The notes beneath the pieces were generated by a model. The model made no database searches. It saw only the letters and a list, made by a program, of their open reading frames with translations, and was not told the DNA's origin. Below, piece after piece: positions 26,470 through 40,809 of a stretch of 64,000 bases of DNA (positions are counted from its first letter, which is position 1; each line of letters opens with the position of its first letter). The stretch comes from Octopus vulgaris (lineage: Eukaryota): assembly GCA_951406725.2 (NCBI GenBank), contig OX597833.1, positions 73,284,001-73,348,000 of the forward strand, given 5' to 3'. The position numbers and the translations under genes are program-made.

Positions 26470-29330
26470 AATTTCTTCAGATGATGAAAATCACGGAGAG
26501 GATCATAGCCCAACTAGTTAGGAAAAGACTTAATCTAGATGAGATGCAATTTGGTTTTGTATCAGGAAGAAACACCAGTCATGATATATTTCTGGTAAGA
26601 AACCCCAGGAGAAGTACCTGACCAAGTATAAACCTATGTACTTGACTTTTGTTGGTATCATAATCATTCAGGTAATAACAGATGAATATAAAACAGGCAG
26701 ACCCTAGCAACTCCTCTATGCTGATTACAGGATTACAACTAAACACACATATATTACAATTTATTACATTACATTCAATTCGCCATATATTATTCATTTT
26801 ATAATCCATCATCTTTCCCTTCACATTTCAGGTATACTGAAGACCCTTTACTCATTGCTTCAGACTGCGTAAAATATTGGTGAAAGCAAACAGTTGTCAG
26901 ACTTATTTATGACAAAAAGCGAATCAGTATGACCAACGTACCCTGTCCTGCACCTGATTGTGCCATGAATTGGCCTGTAAACAATCCATGGGAGAGAGTA
27001 CTGACAAGCCTCCTCGATCATCTGCAACAATGACACAGAATGTATGCACCTGCCACCTACAACAAATACAACCCCCTCCTCCAACTACACTACCATTCCC
27101 AGCCACTGAGGAAAAACGTTTTCGCCTGAGGAAGTAGCTGCTACAATACTACAGCTCCAGCACATTTAACGTCTGCAACCATTGGCAATTCTCCAAGATG
27201 TCTGACCAACCGATCCGCTTAATGCTAAACCAGTCGCCCACCATACCCCCATACCAGTCTTGGTTCATTGGCAAGAGGAAGTAAAAGCAGGTCTCGACCG
27301 GAATGTTCCACTTGGAGTTATCAAGCCTATTCCCATTGGTACATCTGTCACTTGGTGACAGACAATAGTGGTATGTCCTAACAGGTCTGGAAAACCATCT
27401 TAAAGGAGCATCGAATGGCGCACAGGCACTTAACACTGCCCTATCAGCTATGAGCTGACATTGTACCTTCTTCCACAATTGGGGAGAATCACCGCCATTG
27501 CATTTCCCCATGACAACTGCCGTGCCAAAGTCGGTATTGAGACAATAAAGGGCCTCGTTACAGACAACACTGACACCAATGGCTTCCTTAACACTGACAG
27601 TTTCCAGTGCACAATGCTACAATAAAGAAATACACCTGACCGGGACACACACTTGTCCCCAGCCATGTGCATCTTTGGCAGCCCTATACAATACTTTATT
27701 CCCATCCATCCCGGCAAGTACAAGCTACATTCCACATGGCATGAAACTATGACTTATTGAAAAGAAGACCTGCGTAAACACAACATGAGTGCTACTGAAC
27801 GGTTGTCAAAACACACATGCTCACTTCTTTCGAACTATGTCCTAATCCAGAGCCAAGTTTGACCCAATCCTACAAATGGGGGGAAAACTGGTGCCATTTA
27901 GATGTACATCATTTCGATCCGTACATGTTGAGAGTGGATGGATCAGGCCAAGTCACACTGTGCAACAAAATTCCTCTGGAAGTATCTACTGCTTCTTCCC
28001 CACGCCCCACTGCTCATGGTATCTGGACCACCTGCGTTCTTCACGCCAACACCAGTGATGAGACTACCTTCTCAACCGACTTTAACAGCACCTCATGCAG
28101 CTGCAACACCAATGCCCACTTCCCGACTCCAAAATTACCATGACCAGAAATGCATCTCACCGCCTACCCACAGAGCCACGCCAACTTACCCCACCTTTAC
28201 CACAAGTGGTCATACCCCAACACCCCTTGAAACCCCTGCTTTCCAAAAGTGACCCTTGCCTGATGCAGTTTATCCTCCATCCAGCAATTGTCCTGTTAGT
28301 CGCTCTGCCAGACTCACAAAGACTAAAAGCCTGATGCATAACTGACACGTTGCTCCTTGATCGTCACACCGTCAATATTGATTAAGGGTCTCTTGCACTA
28401 ATTATTATTTTCGTTAATCATTTAATACATATTATTAGTCTTCTTTGCTTCTCTCAAAGGAATTGGGGAGGGCATAGAGGATGACAACTGAACACTCATA
28501 TATTATCATTTATTACATTACATTCAATTAGCCATACATTATTCGTTTCATTATCCAAATATTTTCCTTCACGTTTCAGGTATACCGAGGACCTTTTTTT
28601 TCATTGCTTCAATCAGTGTACATAAAGTGTTTGTGAAAGCAAAGAGTTTTCACACTTATTTACTAATGAGCTTCTTCTTATAGGTAAATCACTACCAGAA
28701 CTAGAAAACAAATTGTGCGTACGGAAGCAAGGTCTAGAATTGAAAGATCACAGAATTAACCTACCCAACCCTAACACAAAGTCTTAGTAAGTAGGAAAAC
28801 AGATAAATCGTAAAGCCCTTCAGGTACATGGCCATCCTCAATATGAAGGAAACAGGTAGGTAGATGTACTCTGTATAACACATAATAGGTGTAGCAATAT
28901 CAGAGGAAGGTAAACTGGGAAAATATTTTTTGCATGTGGAAGGTGCACATGTACAGTAAACACTAAAAGTGTACAGAAAATGGGCTTCATCAAATACCAG
29001 AGGAGTACGATAAAGATTGTTGAGCAACAAAGTCAGTAGCAGAGGTGGATGAACCAAGAGTGTGGCTGCAAGAATAAAAATAGGCTGAGCAAATTCAGAG
29101 AGCTCCTTCCTCTGTTTGGTAACTAAGGGTCTCTCCTTCAGAGTGAAAGCCATATTTATTATACCTGTGCAGACAACTATGCTACATGGCAGAAGAAGTA
29201 GACATAAGAAGGCATTGGACAAGGTGGTAATGCATGATCTTTGACTGTTGAAACTTATAAAGGCAATGACTAATGACCGACACCTTTCATGACATGCCGT
29301 GCCTTAGAAGACAATATATTGTAATTAATT
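26470..29330 (+). mobile_element. Old RTE LINE remnant interrupted by a Gypsy element
   Basis: 'MKITERII...DEMQFGFVSGR...YLTFV' at 26470-26655; RT-like sequence resumes after ~28680. Confidence 0.6.
26700..28670 (+). mobile_element. Internally deleted Gypsy LTR retrotransposon
   Basis: Diverged direct repeats ~26730-26915 and ~28478-28665. PPT 'aaaggaattggggaggg' precedes the 3' repeat. RT start 'HWQEEVKAGLDR..LGVIKPIP'; integrase 'RNTPDRDTHLSPAMCIFG'. Confidence 0.75.
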
Positions 29331-29959
29331 TCCCATCAATCTACATGTATAAAGAAAAGTCTACATGCATAAACTGTTGTGGTGAGAGTCATTGGCACCC
29401 CTATGGGATTGGAAGAATGGACTAGCAAAACTCTTATAAAAAAATTAGCATATTGGTTGAGACAAAGAGAGTCATTGGGAGTTCATGGAAGTTGTTGACA
29501 TTGTTCAGAGTTTCTATTTATTAGAGTATTGTGTTTAGTGGAGTAATCTGAAGTGGGTTGTGTGAAGACAGTTGTGTCTATCTCCGCTTCGTGAAATTTG
29601 CATATCCAAGGTTTTATAAACCTAACAGCGTGGTGGTACGTAAATAAACGGCGTAAATTAACGAAGGTATAAACCTGACGTAAATACACGAAGTTGACGT
29701 ACTTTCACTTCTGACAGTGCCGTATTTTCTCAATAAAGCCAAGAAAAAATGATGTTTTATAAACACATTCTACCAGTATACGAAGTTTAAAACTTTTTAG
29801 TTACCTAGAAATTATGTTACAAAGTGCCGTTCAAAAGGAAAAGATTCTAGGTTCAAAGAATACCTGGTCAACTACATTGAAAAGAAACCACGGACGTACA
29901 TACATACATATATATCGAAAAATCGCTAGTAAAACGAAAAAAATCAAAAATTAATTCAT

Positions 29960-30122
29960 TTACCTTCGAGTAAAAAAGAGATTTCTTCCAGAAACTGAAT
30001 ATTCAAAGATGGCGCTTCAATTAAGATGGCGGTTCAATTCTGCATTCCGATTTCAACGTCATATTACTTGCGTATTCAAGATTTAACAGAGAATAAAAGC
30101 AGCAAAAAATATTTAAGTGAGT
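29960..30122. promoter_or_regulatory. Candidate promoter / first-exon region, possibly bidirectional
   Basis: Non-repetitive, CpG-retaining DNA. Two AAGATGGCG (YY1-type) motifs at ~30006 and ~30023. Plus donor AA|GTGAGT at 30116/30117; minus donor AAG|GTAAAT at 29964/29963. Confidence 0.4.
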
Positions 30123-30461
30123 TTTCATTCAACTTTATTGAAACTATATTTATATTCGCTGTGTAATCCGCTAATCATTGCTGTCTTAATTGTAGACGCG
30201 TTGTTTCGTATTAGACATATATCAACGTAATTAACACTATGCCGCATTTTCGTACTCAATACAAAATAAGATGTATATTTTTATCTATTATTTACTACTG
30301 TCGCATTTTCAAACATTGAAAAAAACCATGTGGTCTAAAGAATTTCACAGTATTTATACTTGAATAAAGGCGGGAAAGGCTTCATCTCACATTATTTCAA
30401 AGCTACGAGAATTCAATAACGTGATTTGTTTATTTTTTTAGCGATTTCGTAGAGCAGTCGG

Positions 30462-30531
<70 letters not shown>

Positions 30532-31029
30532 TTAAGAGTGTACACTGGTGTTCTATTCTTTCATATTAAAAGCAGAAACTAACCTTCAGTAGGTCAAACA
30601 AACTAAAGGTTTTGCCCTAACACAGCTGCAGTCCAATGCCTAAAACCAATAGAAAACAATGGAAGAACATATGCATACATCTAACCATGTGATACATTAT
30701 CACAAGCAGCAGTTGCCTTATTCTAATGATTGTATTGTATTAATAAATAGAAAGGCTGTCAAGTCTTGAGGGGTCACATAAGTAGGGATATAGTTAGGGA
30801 TTTATTGTATTTATCAGCTAAAACTACTGATGAAATAACTAGTAACCTATCCTGTGGATAGGAAACAATCCCCTCAAAACAACACTTCCCCTATCTCAGA
30901 AGATTTGGCAGCTAAGTAAATTGAGATATTTATATTTCACAGTGGAGGTGAGGACAGTATTATGTGTTGTATATAGACAGACATATAGTTTCTAACTGTG
31001 CACAGACTATATTCTTTATTATGTCATTA

Positions 31030-31240
31030 CTGCACCTAATCACCTGCATATACCACTTCAGTATCATTCACCCACTTCCCTGCTACATTGCAGCTGCACT
31101 TAGTCACCTGCATATATCACTGCAGTATTATCCACCTACCTCCCTGATTCATCATTGCTGCACTTAGTCACCTGCATGTACCACTGAAGTAACATACCCA
31201 CAACTATGCTATGCTATTACAGCACTCACTCACCTTTTGT
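31030..31240. repeat. ~64-bp tandem repeat, ~3.5 copies
   Basis: 'ctgcac(c/t)ta(a/g)tcacctgcat' at ~31030, 31095 and 31158. Confidence 0.8.
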
Positions 31241-31319
31241 ATCAAACGTTTTCTTTCTTCCAAAAGCTACAACTGTGTTGCTGCATTATCAGTGTTGATA
31301 AGATCAGATAGATAAATAT

Positions 31320-31850
31320 CCATCCATCATTTGCAGGCCGACAACCTGCCCATCACCCGCAGGCCGGCAACCCGTCCATCACCCGCAGGCCGACAACCTG
31401 CCCATCACCCGCAGGCCGGCAACCCACCCGTCACTCACAGGCCAATAACCTGCCCATCACTCACAGGCTGATAACCTGTCCATCACTCACAGACCAATGT
31501 CCATCGCTTGCAGACTGATATCCTGTCCATCATGTACAGACCAATACCTCATCCTTCACTCACAGACCAATATCCATCCCTCACCCGCAGACCAATATCC
31601 TATCCATCACACATAGGCCAATACACCATCCATCACATGCAGACCAATATCTCATCCATCACTCACAAACTGACCTCTATCCATCACCCACAAATTCACC
31701 ACATCCATCATACACAAATCGATATCCATCACACACAGACCAATGTCCATCCCCCATAAATCTACAATATTCATCACCTGCAGGTCCACCATATCCATCC
31801 TATGGAGACCAATATCTATCACACACAAAGATCTATATTCACCTCCCATA
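31320..31850. repeat. 26-bp minisatellite, ~20 degenerating copies
   Basis: Unit ccatcacccgcaggccgacaacctgc drifting to ccatcacacacagaccaatat-type units. Confidence 0.88.
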
Positions 31851-34364
31851 TTTCCAACACTGTAAAATCATGCTAAGCCTCAGAACATCATTATTAGTAA
31901 TACAGCACTACTATGAAGGAGCCACAGAATGTCAAAGGAAATTCATCACTCACAAAGCTGTAATAACTGGAGTAATGCTATATGTTGTTCTCCATCCTAT
32001 TCTTAATATGAGTATGTGCAGTAAATGAGTGGTATTAATAAAATGTGCTTGCCATTTCTATCTTGAGAACAGTTTTGGTGTTCTACATTGATAACATTAG
32101 TGAACTGTAATAAATTTGAACTTACTGGATTACCTACTCTATTTTCTATTAACACATGTCATCATTTTACTTGGCTGAGCAAATTACTGAAGTAGACATA
32201 TTGAAGATGTATTGAAGCAACACACATATGAATAGAAGCTGTATAGTTTGATCACTTTGTGAGGAAGCCACCCTCCTACTTTATTTTTCAGAATAACCAG
32301 CTGGCAGCATTAAACAACCTGCTGATTTTTATAACAATTACAAACAGAGGACACTCAATGATTATAAGTGGTTTCCACTGTTTATACATACAAACACATA
32401 CACAAATATACAAGGGCTGATCTGGGACTAAAAAAACAGTAAAGAAGAATATATTAGATAATGTAGTCCTAAATACCACAATGTATCAATATAGAATAAC
32501 AGACTTAACTGGAGTACACTTCATCATAGATATGCTAACCGGGAGCATATAACAAAACTATAAAGCAGAAAGAACACATTAGATAATGTAGCCACAAAAA
32601 CATCAGACAAGATAGTCACAGTTGGAACATTTTTAGAGCTGACCTGGAGCTGAACAACAATTGTCAACCATCTAATACCCAATATAAATTTCAGTCTTAA
32701 TACCAAACCAACCACCTAATACCTATTATAACCTTCAGTCTTAATACCAAATTACATCAGTCAAGCATTTCCTTATCACCATAGGGCCCTGTAAGACAGT
32801 GTACATATTCATTCATAGAGAAACATTGAAATGAAACAAAAAATAAATACAAACACAAATAATGAAATAAAGACAATCTTGCAAATAAATTTTTTAAAAA
32901 TTCTATTAACTTTACTGTTGTCTCCAGTATCAATAATACCATCTACCCTTCACACTCCTGTATCAACACCTCTGCAAGCTCTTTTGCAGAAAAATGCAAT
33001 TAGAATGGTGCAGTTAGCTGAAATTTTTTGTCAAAGACTTAGTGTTTGAAATTGGCAAACATTCCTAAACCAATTATGGAGAAGGAAAAAGAAAGGAAAT
33101 TGGTTTTGCATCTTGCTGCAATATGAAAAGATTTCAGTAGCCAACACCTTGCCTCGCAATTTTGCAGAATTCACAAATACATTGAAAATTTGTTATTTAT
33201 TAAATATGCCGTTTCAAAGAGAACAGGATAAAACCTTCCCTTCCCCTTCCCCCATAGCCAAGGAAGATACTTTAGTGGATGAAAAGCAAGATGAGAGACT
33301 GTGATACAAATGACATGATTAAAAGTGATGTGGATTATTAATAATAAAAGAACAAGTAGGAAAGGTTTCCAAGACAACAGATGAGGCCAAGACTGAAGAA
33401 GGGGGGAGATTGATTTTAAAGTTTAAAAGAATAAAAAAAAAACATTTACTTTCAAAGAAAATTGTGTTGACTGCCATAAATAACAGTGTAATATATAGAT
33501 TTCTGTTAAAGCATTTCTTTGATGTGGTACTGGTTGTTTAACCCCAGGTTAGTCCTGGTCAAGCAGATCTATCAAAGACATGCCAGCTGTGATCATCCAG
33601 TCTTTTCATATGCAGTTCACTTGGACAAATTTGAAGGAAGTATGGTTGTTATTACTAACAAGTTAAGTGATGATAGAAAGGCTCCCTCATTCACTCTGTA
33701 ATATGCTTTCTAGCTTGATGTTGCCACTAAAAGGAAAAGCATTAACCCACAAGTTCTCACCCTGCACTTCATAACTGAAGCACTTAGAATAGATTAAAGA
33801 GTTAATTATTTTTTTTAAATTGTTCCTATTTCAAAGTTATTTCATGCCACTTATGTTGTAGTTTAGCCCCAGGATTACTTTGATATAGCAGACCTATGAT
33901 CAAAGACTTTCAGCAGTGATCATACTATCTTTTATTCAGACATATTACATCTAAGACTACATTATGTAATGAGTTCTTCCTTCATAATGTTGTTTGACCC
34001 CAGGTCAGCCCTAATGAAGTAGGCCTATAATTAAACAAGTTTCAGATATGTTCATCATGCTTTGTATATATAATATTACATTATCCAATGTATCCCATTT
34101 TAGGGAGATTTGGTTATTTCTAGTAGTTGAACAACCAAATAAATGGCCTCTTGTTGATTCATTTTTGCTCATATTGATAGAATAAAGAAAAGGTGTGAAT
34201 ACCACAACTTCCCATTCCTGCAGAACCCATCCAAGAATATTACATTAAAACAATAAAAATACATTCATTCTTAAAGAAATTATTTGAAATCTGAACACAT
34301 TACTTTCTGGGTTTTTTTTTCTTTGTTAATTAAAGAGAGTTGTATTAATTACTTTATATTCCAG

Positions 34365-34501
34365 ACTTGAAACAACAACCAAAAGAGGCAATCGGCTCTT
34401 TATTTGGTTAGAAATGAGAACTGTTATGATCTCCCTTTGCATTCTTGCAACTGGTCTTGGTATAAGCCTTGTGGTAATTCTTAGCATGAAGAACCAGAAA
34501 G
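34365..34501 (+). CDS. Putative host-gene exon encoding a signal-anchor/TM segment
   Basis: Acceptor tttatattccag|, donor AAAG|GTAAGT. Open frame LETTTKRGNRLFIWLEMRTVMISLCILATGLGISLVVILSMKNQK; ATG at 34414 has a purine at -3. No homology recognised. Confidence 0.5.
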
Positions 34502-35411
34502 GTAAGTCAGAAGACATGAATATTAAAAGGTTTTGTTACTTCATAGAAAAGGCAGAGTTACCACAATTCCAAGTTCAAATCTTACAGAGCTTGACTTTGT
34601 CTTTCATCCTTGTAATAGTTAGAATAAATCTCAAGGATATATTACAGATCAGTTCAATCAACAGCCATAACAAAAAGTGGCTTTATGTTGAATTAAAATC
34701 TGTTGTTAATCCTATAACATTTAAACTGGCTAAATCAGGTTAATGATATGGCCACTTCTTAAAACTAGCCACAGTTGGTTTCATGAAATGGAACTGCCAA
34801 TCTAGATGTATAAGATATCCAGATTGAAAACTGGCAGATAGCCATTTGCTTTAAATACAAACATCTATCCTTTATACTTCTCAAACTGAGATTGTAGGTT
34901 TTTAGCTGAATAAATAATCATATCATGAGGTACTGGTTGTGTGATTAAGACATTCACAATCACTTAGTTTTGAATTCAGTCTCACTGTGCAGTACTTTGA
35001 GCAAGTACATTTTACAATGGCTCTGGGCTGATCAAAGCCTCATGAGTAAATTCGTTGGTAAAAACTGAAAAGATACTAGTACGTGTGTTTTGATAAAACA
35101 TACTACTAAACATACTAATCATCATTATTTTACATCCACTTTCAATGCTGGCACGAGTTGGACAGGATTCACCTGAGCTCCAATGTCTCAGTTTTCATTT
35201 TCAGTGGCCTAACGTGTAAAAATTTAGTCCAAAGACTATGTTTTAGTCATAACATACAATGTACATTTAAACACGTAAGGAATCCACTCATGAGATTTAA
35301 CACGCTAGAAAGAACAGCTAGGTTCTATAACCACAAAAATTAAGGATAAAATTTGATAGGAACAAAATGAAAAAATAAAAACATTTTACCATCAAGTTTC
35401 CTGGACCAATT

Positions 35412-35698
<287 letters not shown>

Positions 35699-35710
35699 TT
35701 ATATATATAC

Positions 35711-35741
<31 letters not shown>

Positions 35742-35763
35742 TAAACATATATCTATATATCTA

Positions 35764-35879
<116 letters not shown>

Positions 35880-35958
35880 ATATAAAGTTAATCCAAACAA
35901 GAAAACACAAAAACAACAACAACGCGAGGACGTGGAACAAATAAAGTATTAGAAGGAG

Positions 35959-35993
35959 GTTTAGCGTTTCGAGCGGAGCTCTTCGTCGGAAAC
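35959..35993 (-). ncRNA. Minimal hammerhead-like motif (CCGACGA core) in a ~180-bp pLTR-like repeat (35885-36063)
   Basis: GUUU-CCGACGA-A-GAGC-UCC-GCUC-GAAA-CGCU-AAAC; U16.1 appears mutated to C in this copy. Confidence 0.5.
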
Positions 35994-36096
35994 ATAGGAG
36001 AAGGAAAGATCCCGAGAAGGGAAGACAGAGGAAAAAAATCGCCAGCGGTACTCACGAGGTCACATATATATATATATATATGTCATATATATATAG

Positions 36097-38248
36097 GTCA
36101 TAAAGAACAAAATCCCCAGAGAGAGGAAAATTCTAATGAGACGGCGTACAAAAATCTCAAATCGCCTAAACAAACAAATTGAAAGCAGTGAAAAGTCCCG
36201 CCTGAAAATGAAACTGTTGGAAATTGAAAAATGTCTGCAACTCTCCCATGAAAAGGAAAGAGCAGACAAAGAAGCCTGGGATATAGACAACATAAAATCT
36301 AACCCCAGAGCTTTCTACAGGTATGCCAAAGAAACAGCTACGGTGCACTGTAGGATAGGGCCACTCCTTGAAAGGGATGGCACACTCACAGGAAGTCCAA
36401 TGAGGGTAAGTGAAATACTAAATGAGCAATTCAAGAGTGTTTTCACCCCACCCCTTGGGCATTTCCAAATCAGCAATCCAACTGACTTCTTCACCACTGC
36501 AGATATGGGGTCAGAGGCGGCGATGATTAATTACATCAATATAAAAGAAGACGATGTAATAAAGGCAATAGATGAGATGAAAACAAACTCAGCTACTGGC
36601 CCCGATGGATTCCCGGCAATCCTTCTAAAAGTATGTAAGAGAGTCCTAGCAAGACCACTGCAGTCTCTCTTTCAGCGCTTCCTTGCAACTGGCAAACTTC
36701 CAAGAAAACTGAAGGAAGGTAAAATATGCCCTATTCATAAAGGAGGTAGCAGAGCGGAGGCCAAGAACTACAGACCTATCTCTCTGACCTCACATATCAG
36801 CAAGGTCATGGAACGAATAGTCAGAAGGAAACTAATCACCTTCCTTGAAGAAAATGACTTGCGGCCTGACACCCAACATGGTTTCCGACCAGGAAGAAGC
36901 TGCTTAACTCAGCTCATACAACACTATGACTGGGTGCTGAAACGACTGCTCAACCACTCAAATGTGGAAGTGATATATCTCGACTTTGCAAAGGCCTTTG
37001 ATAAAGTCGATCATGGAATGATATGTCACAAACTGCGTGATCTTGGCATAGTTGGAAAATTGGGAGAATGGCTTCATGACTTTCTGAAGGATAGAAGTCA
37101 GGTGGTAGTAGCCAATGGGGCCACTTCCATTAACACGCAAATAGTGAGCGGTGTTCCGCAGGGCACTGTTTTGGGACCACTACTGTTCATAATGGTCCTC
37201 TCAGACATGCCCTCAGCCACACAGAGAGCCACGATCACAAGTAATGCAGATGATACAAAAGTTCCACAGGCAATACAGAACCCTGAAGACACTAAGCACC
37301 TGCAATGTGAGCTGGACAAAATATACAAGTGAGCTGAAAAGAATAGCATGCAGTTCAATGCTGAAAAGTTTCAAGCTTTATGCTTTCAGCATGCAAAACT
37401 GAATGCATTACCCAATGAATACACTGGACCCGGAGGGATTGCAATCCCAGAGGCACAATCAGTGCGTGACCTGGGTATTCACATGAGTGATGACGCGACC
37501 TTTCATGTACATGCTGCTAAACTGGCAATGAAATGTAGACGGCTGGCCGGATGGATTCTTAGAACCTTTTGAACAAGAGAACAAGAAACCATGATGGTCC
37601 TCTGGAAGACACTTGTCCTAGGCCACTTTGACTATTGCTCTCAGCTATGGTCACCATCCAGTGTCAAGTTGATCACAGAACTTGAGGCAATCGAACGAAG
37701 CTACACGAAGATAGCCTCTGTGCAGCATATAAGCTACTGGGAAAGACTCAAGAGATTAAAGCTCTATTTCTTGGAGCGTAGGCGAGAAAGATATGCCATA
37801 ATATATATCTGGAAGATCCTGGAAGGACTTGTCCCAAACTTTGGCATCGAGAGTCACACAAATGCCAGAACCGGGCGCCACTGCGTGGTACCAAGGACTC
37901 CAAATTTGCCATCAAGATGTAGGGCAAGATACTGTGATAGCCTGGGTTTCAGAGGCCCACAGCGCTTCAATGTCCTCCCGAAGAACCTGAGGGACCTGCA
38001 TGGTGTAGATGCGGATGTCTTTAAAGTAGGACTGGATCTCTTCCTGTCAGGTGTCCCGGATGAACCAACTTCACGGCAGGAGGTGCAGATGAGGGCAGCT
38101 GCATCGAACTCTCTCATGCACCAAATGGCAGTTGCTAAAAAGCATTCGTGAGGTAAAATCATGTAGCAAACCAAATGGCGGTGCCCCAGCATGGCCACAG
38201 CTCATGAGCTGAAACTGGAAAAATCAAAATCAAAATCAATCAAAATCA
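36097..38248 (+). mobile_element. CR1-group LINE family A, 5'-truncated, intact 3' tail
   Basis: ORFs 36136-37332, 37348-37572 and 37591-38151 are one frame broken by two TGA stops. RT motifs present; tail GGCGGTGCCCCAGCATGGCCACAGCTCATGAGCTGAAAC + (AAAATC)n. Confidence 0.93.
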
Positions 38249-38326
38249 TATGTCATATATATATCGGTCATATATATATATGTCATATATATATAGGTCA
38301 TATATATCTATATATATATGTATATA

Positions 38327-38363
<37 letters not shown>

Positions 38364-38511
38364 CTTTATCTATAAATATAACAGTATATACATCTATCTA
38401 TCTATCTATATATATATATATATATCTCTGTATATATATATATATATATCCAAATAAATCTATATATCTCTACCAATCTATGTACGCCGGGCTACTTTCG
38501 TAGACAGATAA

Positions 38512-38545
<34 letters not shown>

Positions 38546-40139
38546 GTGTGTGTGTATATATATATATATTCATATATACGACAAGCTTTTTTTCTGTTTC
38601 TGTGTACCAAATCCACTCACAAAGCTTTGGTCTGTCCGAGGCTATAGTAGAACACTTGCCATTGGTGCCACGTAGTGGGACTGAACCAGAAACCATGTCT
38701 TTGGTAAGCAATATACTTACCGCAAACCACTCCTACGAATATATATTTACATATGCATGCAGTCTTCTTTCAGTTTCCGTATACAAACCCACTCACAAGG
38801 CTTTGGTCGGCACGAGGCTATAGTAGAAAACACTTGCACAAGGTGCCACGCAGTGGGACTGAACCCGGAACCTTGTGGTTAGTAACCAAGCTACTTCTCA
38901 TACAGAAAATCATGTTTGTTAAACTGACAAGTTCAACATGAGCTCTGATTGGTTGTATGCAAATGAGTTCATTAATGGGGTCCGGAAGTCTCGTGGGTGA
39001 AACAGACTTTCGCGGTTGGGTCACATTAGCCGATGCGACCACATTGGGTATGTGTGGACTGTGCTCACACACGCACAAATACCCACACTTCCGCACTCAT
39101 GCAACATAGATATATGCAAAGACGCAAACTCGTAGCTATTTATGTTTTAAATATGTTGACCTTAAAACCGTGACATTCTGAAGAAATTGTATGAGTGTCT
39201 GGGTCAATAAATATGTGTGTGTGTGTGCTTTCATTTCTGTGTCTGTTGCGAGCGCGCATGTGTGTGAGAGTGTTTGCTCACGAACCGCAATGTGCTGGGT
39301 TCAATCCAACAGCGTGGTGCCTTCGGCAAGTGTATTCAACTATACCCCCGGGCCGACCAAAGTATTCTAAGTGGAGTTGGTAGAGGGAAACTGAAAGAAG
39401 CCCGTCGTATATATGAATATCGGCGCAGGAATGGCTATGTGGTAAGTAGTTTGCTTACGAACAACATGGTATCAGTTTCATTCCCACTGCCTGGCATCTT
39501 ATACAATTGTCTTCTACTGTAGCCCCGGGCCGACCAAATCCTTGTGATTGGATTTGGTGGAAGGAAACTGAAAAAATCCCGTCGTATATATGTTTATATA
39601 TATATGTGTGTGTATGTGTGTTTGATCGCACTGGAAGGCCCACGAGCATACACGCACGAACCATCATACATACAAATGCAAGTATTCTTACAAGGGAAAG
39701 AACTCCCATTCAATCCATTACAGATTCCAAGAGATATGAGGAAAATCCTTTCCTTTAATTACTCTTAGTATTATATACTTGTAAGGGAAGCAACTCTCTA
39801 TACATCCCTTAGAGCCTATTATTATTCAAACACCACTTACGTTTCCTAATATTAAATTGTATTAGTATCAATCAAGGGACGAAAACTCTTGTCAAGTAAG
39901 GGATGTAGCGGGAGTTACTTTCCTTGGTTTCAGATTCATTTTTGTATTTGAGTGCTGTAAGTTTAAATGCATTTTAGCCATGAGTAAGAGTGGCCATGTG
40001 ATAAGTAGTTTGGCTGCGAACCGCAATATGCTGGGTTCAGTCCCACTGCGTGGCACCTTCAGCAAATGCATTCAAATATAGCCTCAAGCCGAGCAAAGAC
40101 TTCTGAGAGCTGAAAGAAGTACGTCGTATATATGAATAT

Positions 40140-40313
40140 AGGCACAGGAATGGCTGTGTGGTAAGTAGTTTGCTTACGAACCACATAATTTCGGGTTCAT
40201 TCCCACTGCCTGGCATCTTATGCAATTGTCTTATACTATAGCCCCGGGTCGACCAAAGCCTTGTGATTGGATTTGGTGGAAGGAAACTAAAATAATCCCG
40301 TCGTATATATGTG

Positions 40314-40360
<47 letters not shown>

Positions 40361-40590
40361 TTGTGTGTGTGTGTGTGTTTGTATGTCTGTGTTTATCCCC
40401 AAAAATCGCTACACAACTGATGCTAGTCTGTTTACGTCCCCGTAACTTAGAGGTTCAGCGAAAGTGACCGATAGAATAAGTACTAGGCCTACAAAGAGTA
40501 AGTCCTGAGGTTGATATGCTCGACTGAAGGTGGTGCTCCAGCATGGCCTCAGTTAAATGACTGAAACAAGTAAATGAGAGTAGAAGAGTA
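40140..40590 (+). mobile_element. SINE family 1, full-length copy
   Basis: Head, internal (TA)(TG) tract and tail all present. Confidence 0.88.
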
Positions 40591-40809
40591 AATAACGAGA
40601 AAAGTCTGACCTGTTCACTAGGGAGATAGCAGAAAATATCTCCTAGAGTTACTTCCCTAACGTCATATAATACGTTTCATGTTATAATATCTGTAATAAA
40701 GTAATAATGTTATCTAGTACTACCCTTCGGACATAATCAAGTTTCTTTTTTGTTTTAGATAGTATATATGCGTGTGTGGGTATATACACGCAAATCTGTA
40801 TGTATATAT

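Noticed and set aside
31320-31850. CRISPR-like periodicity (also 8815-9160)
   Set aside because: Head-to-tail units without unique spacers, eukaryotic context, no cas genes.
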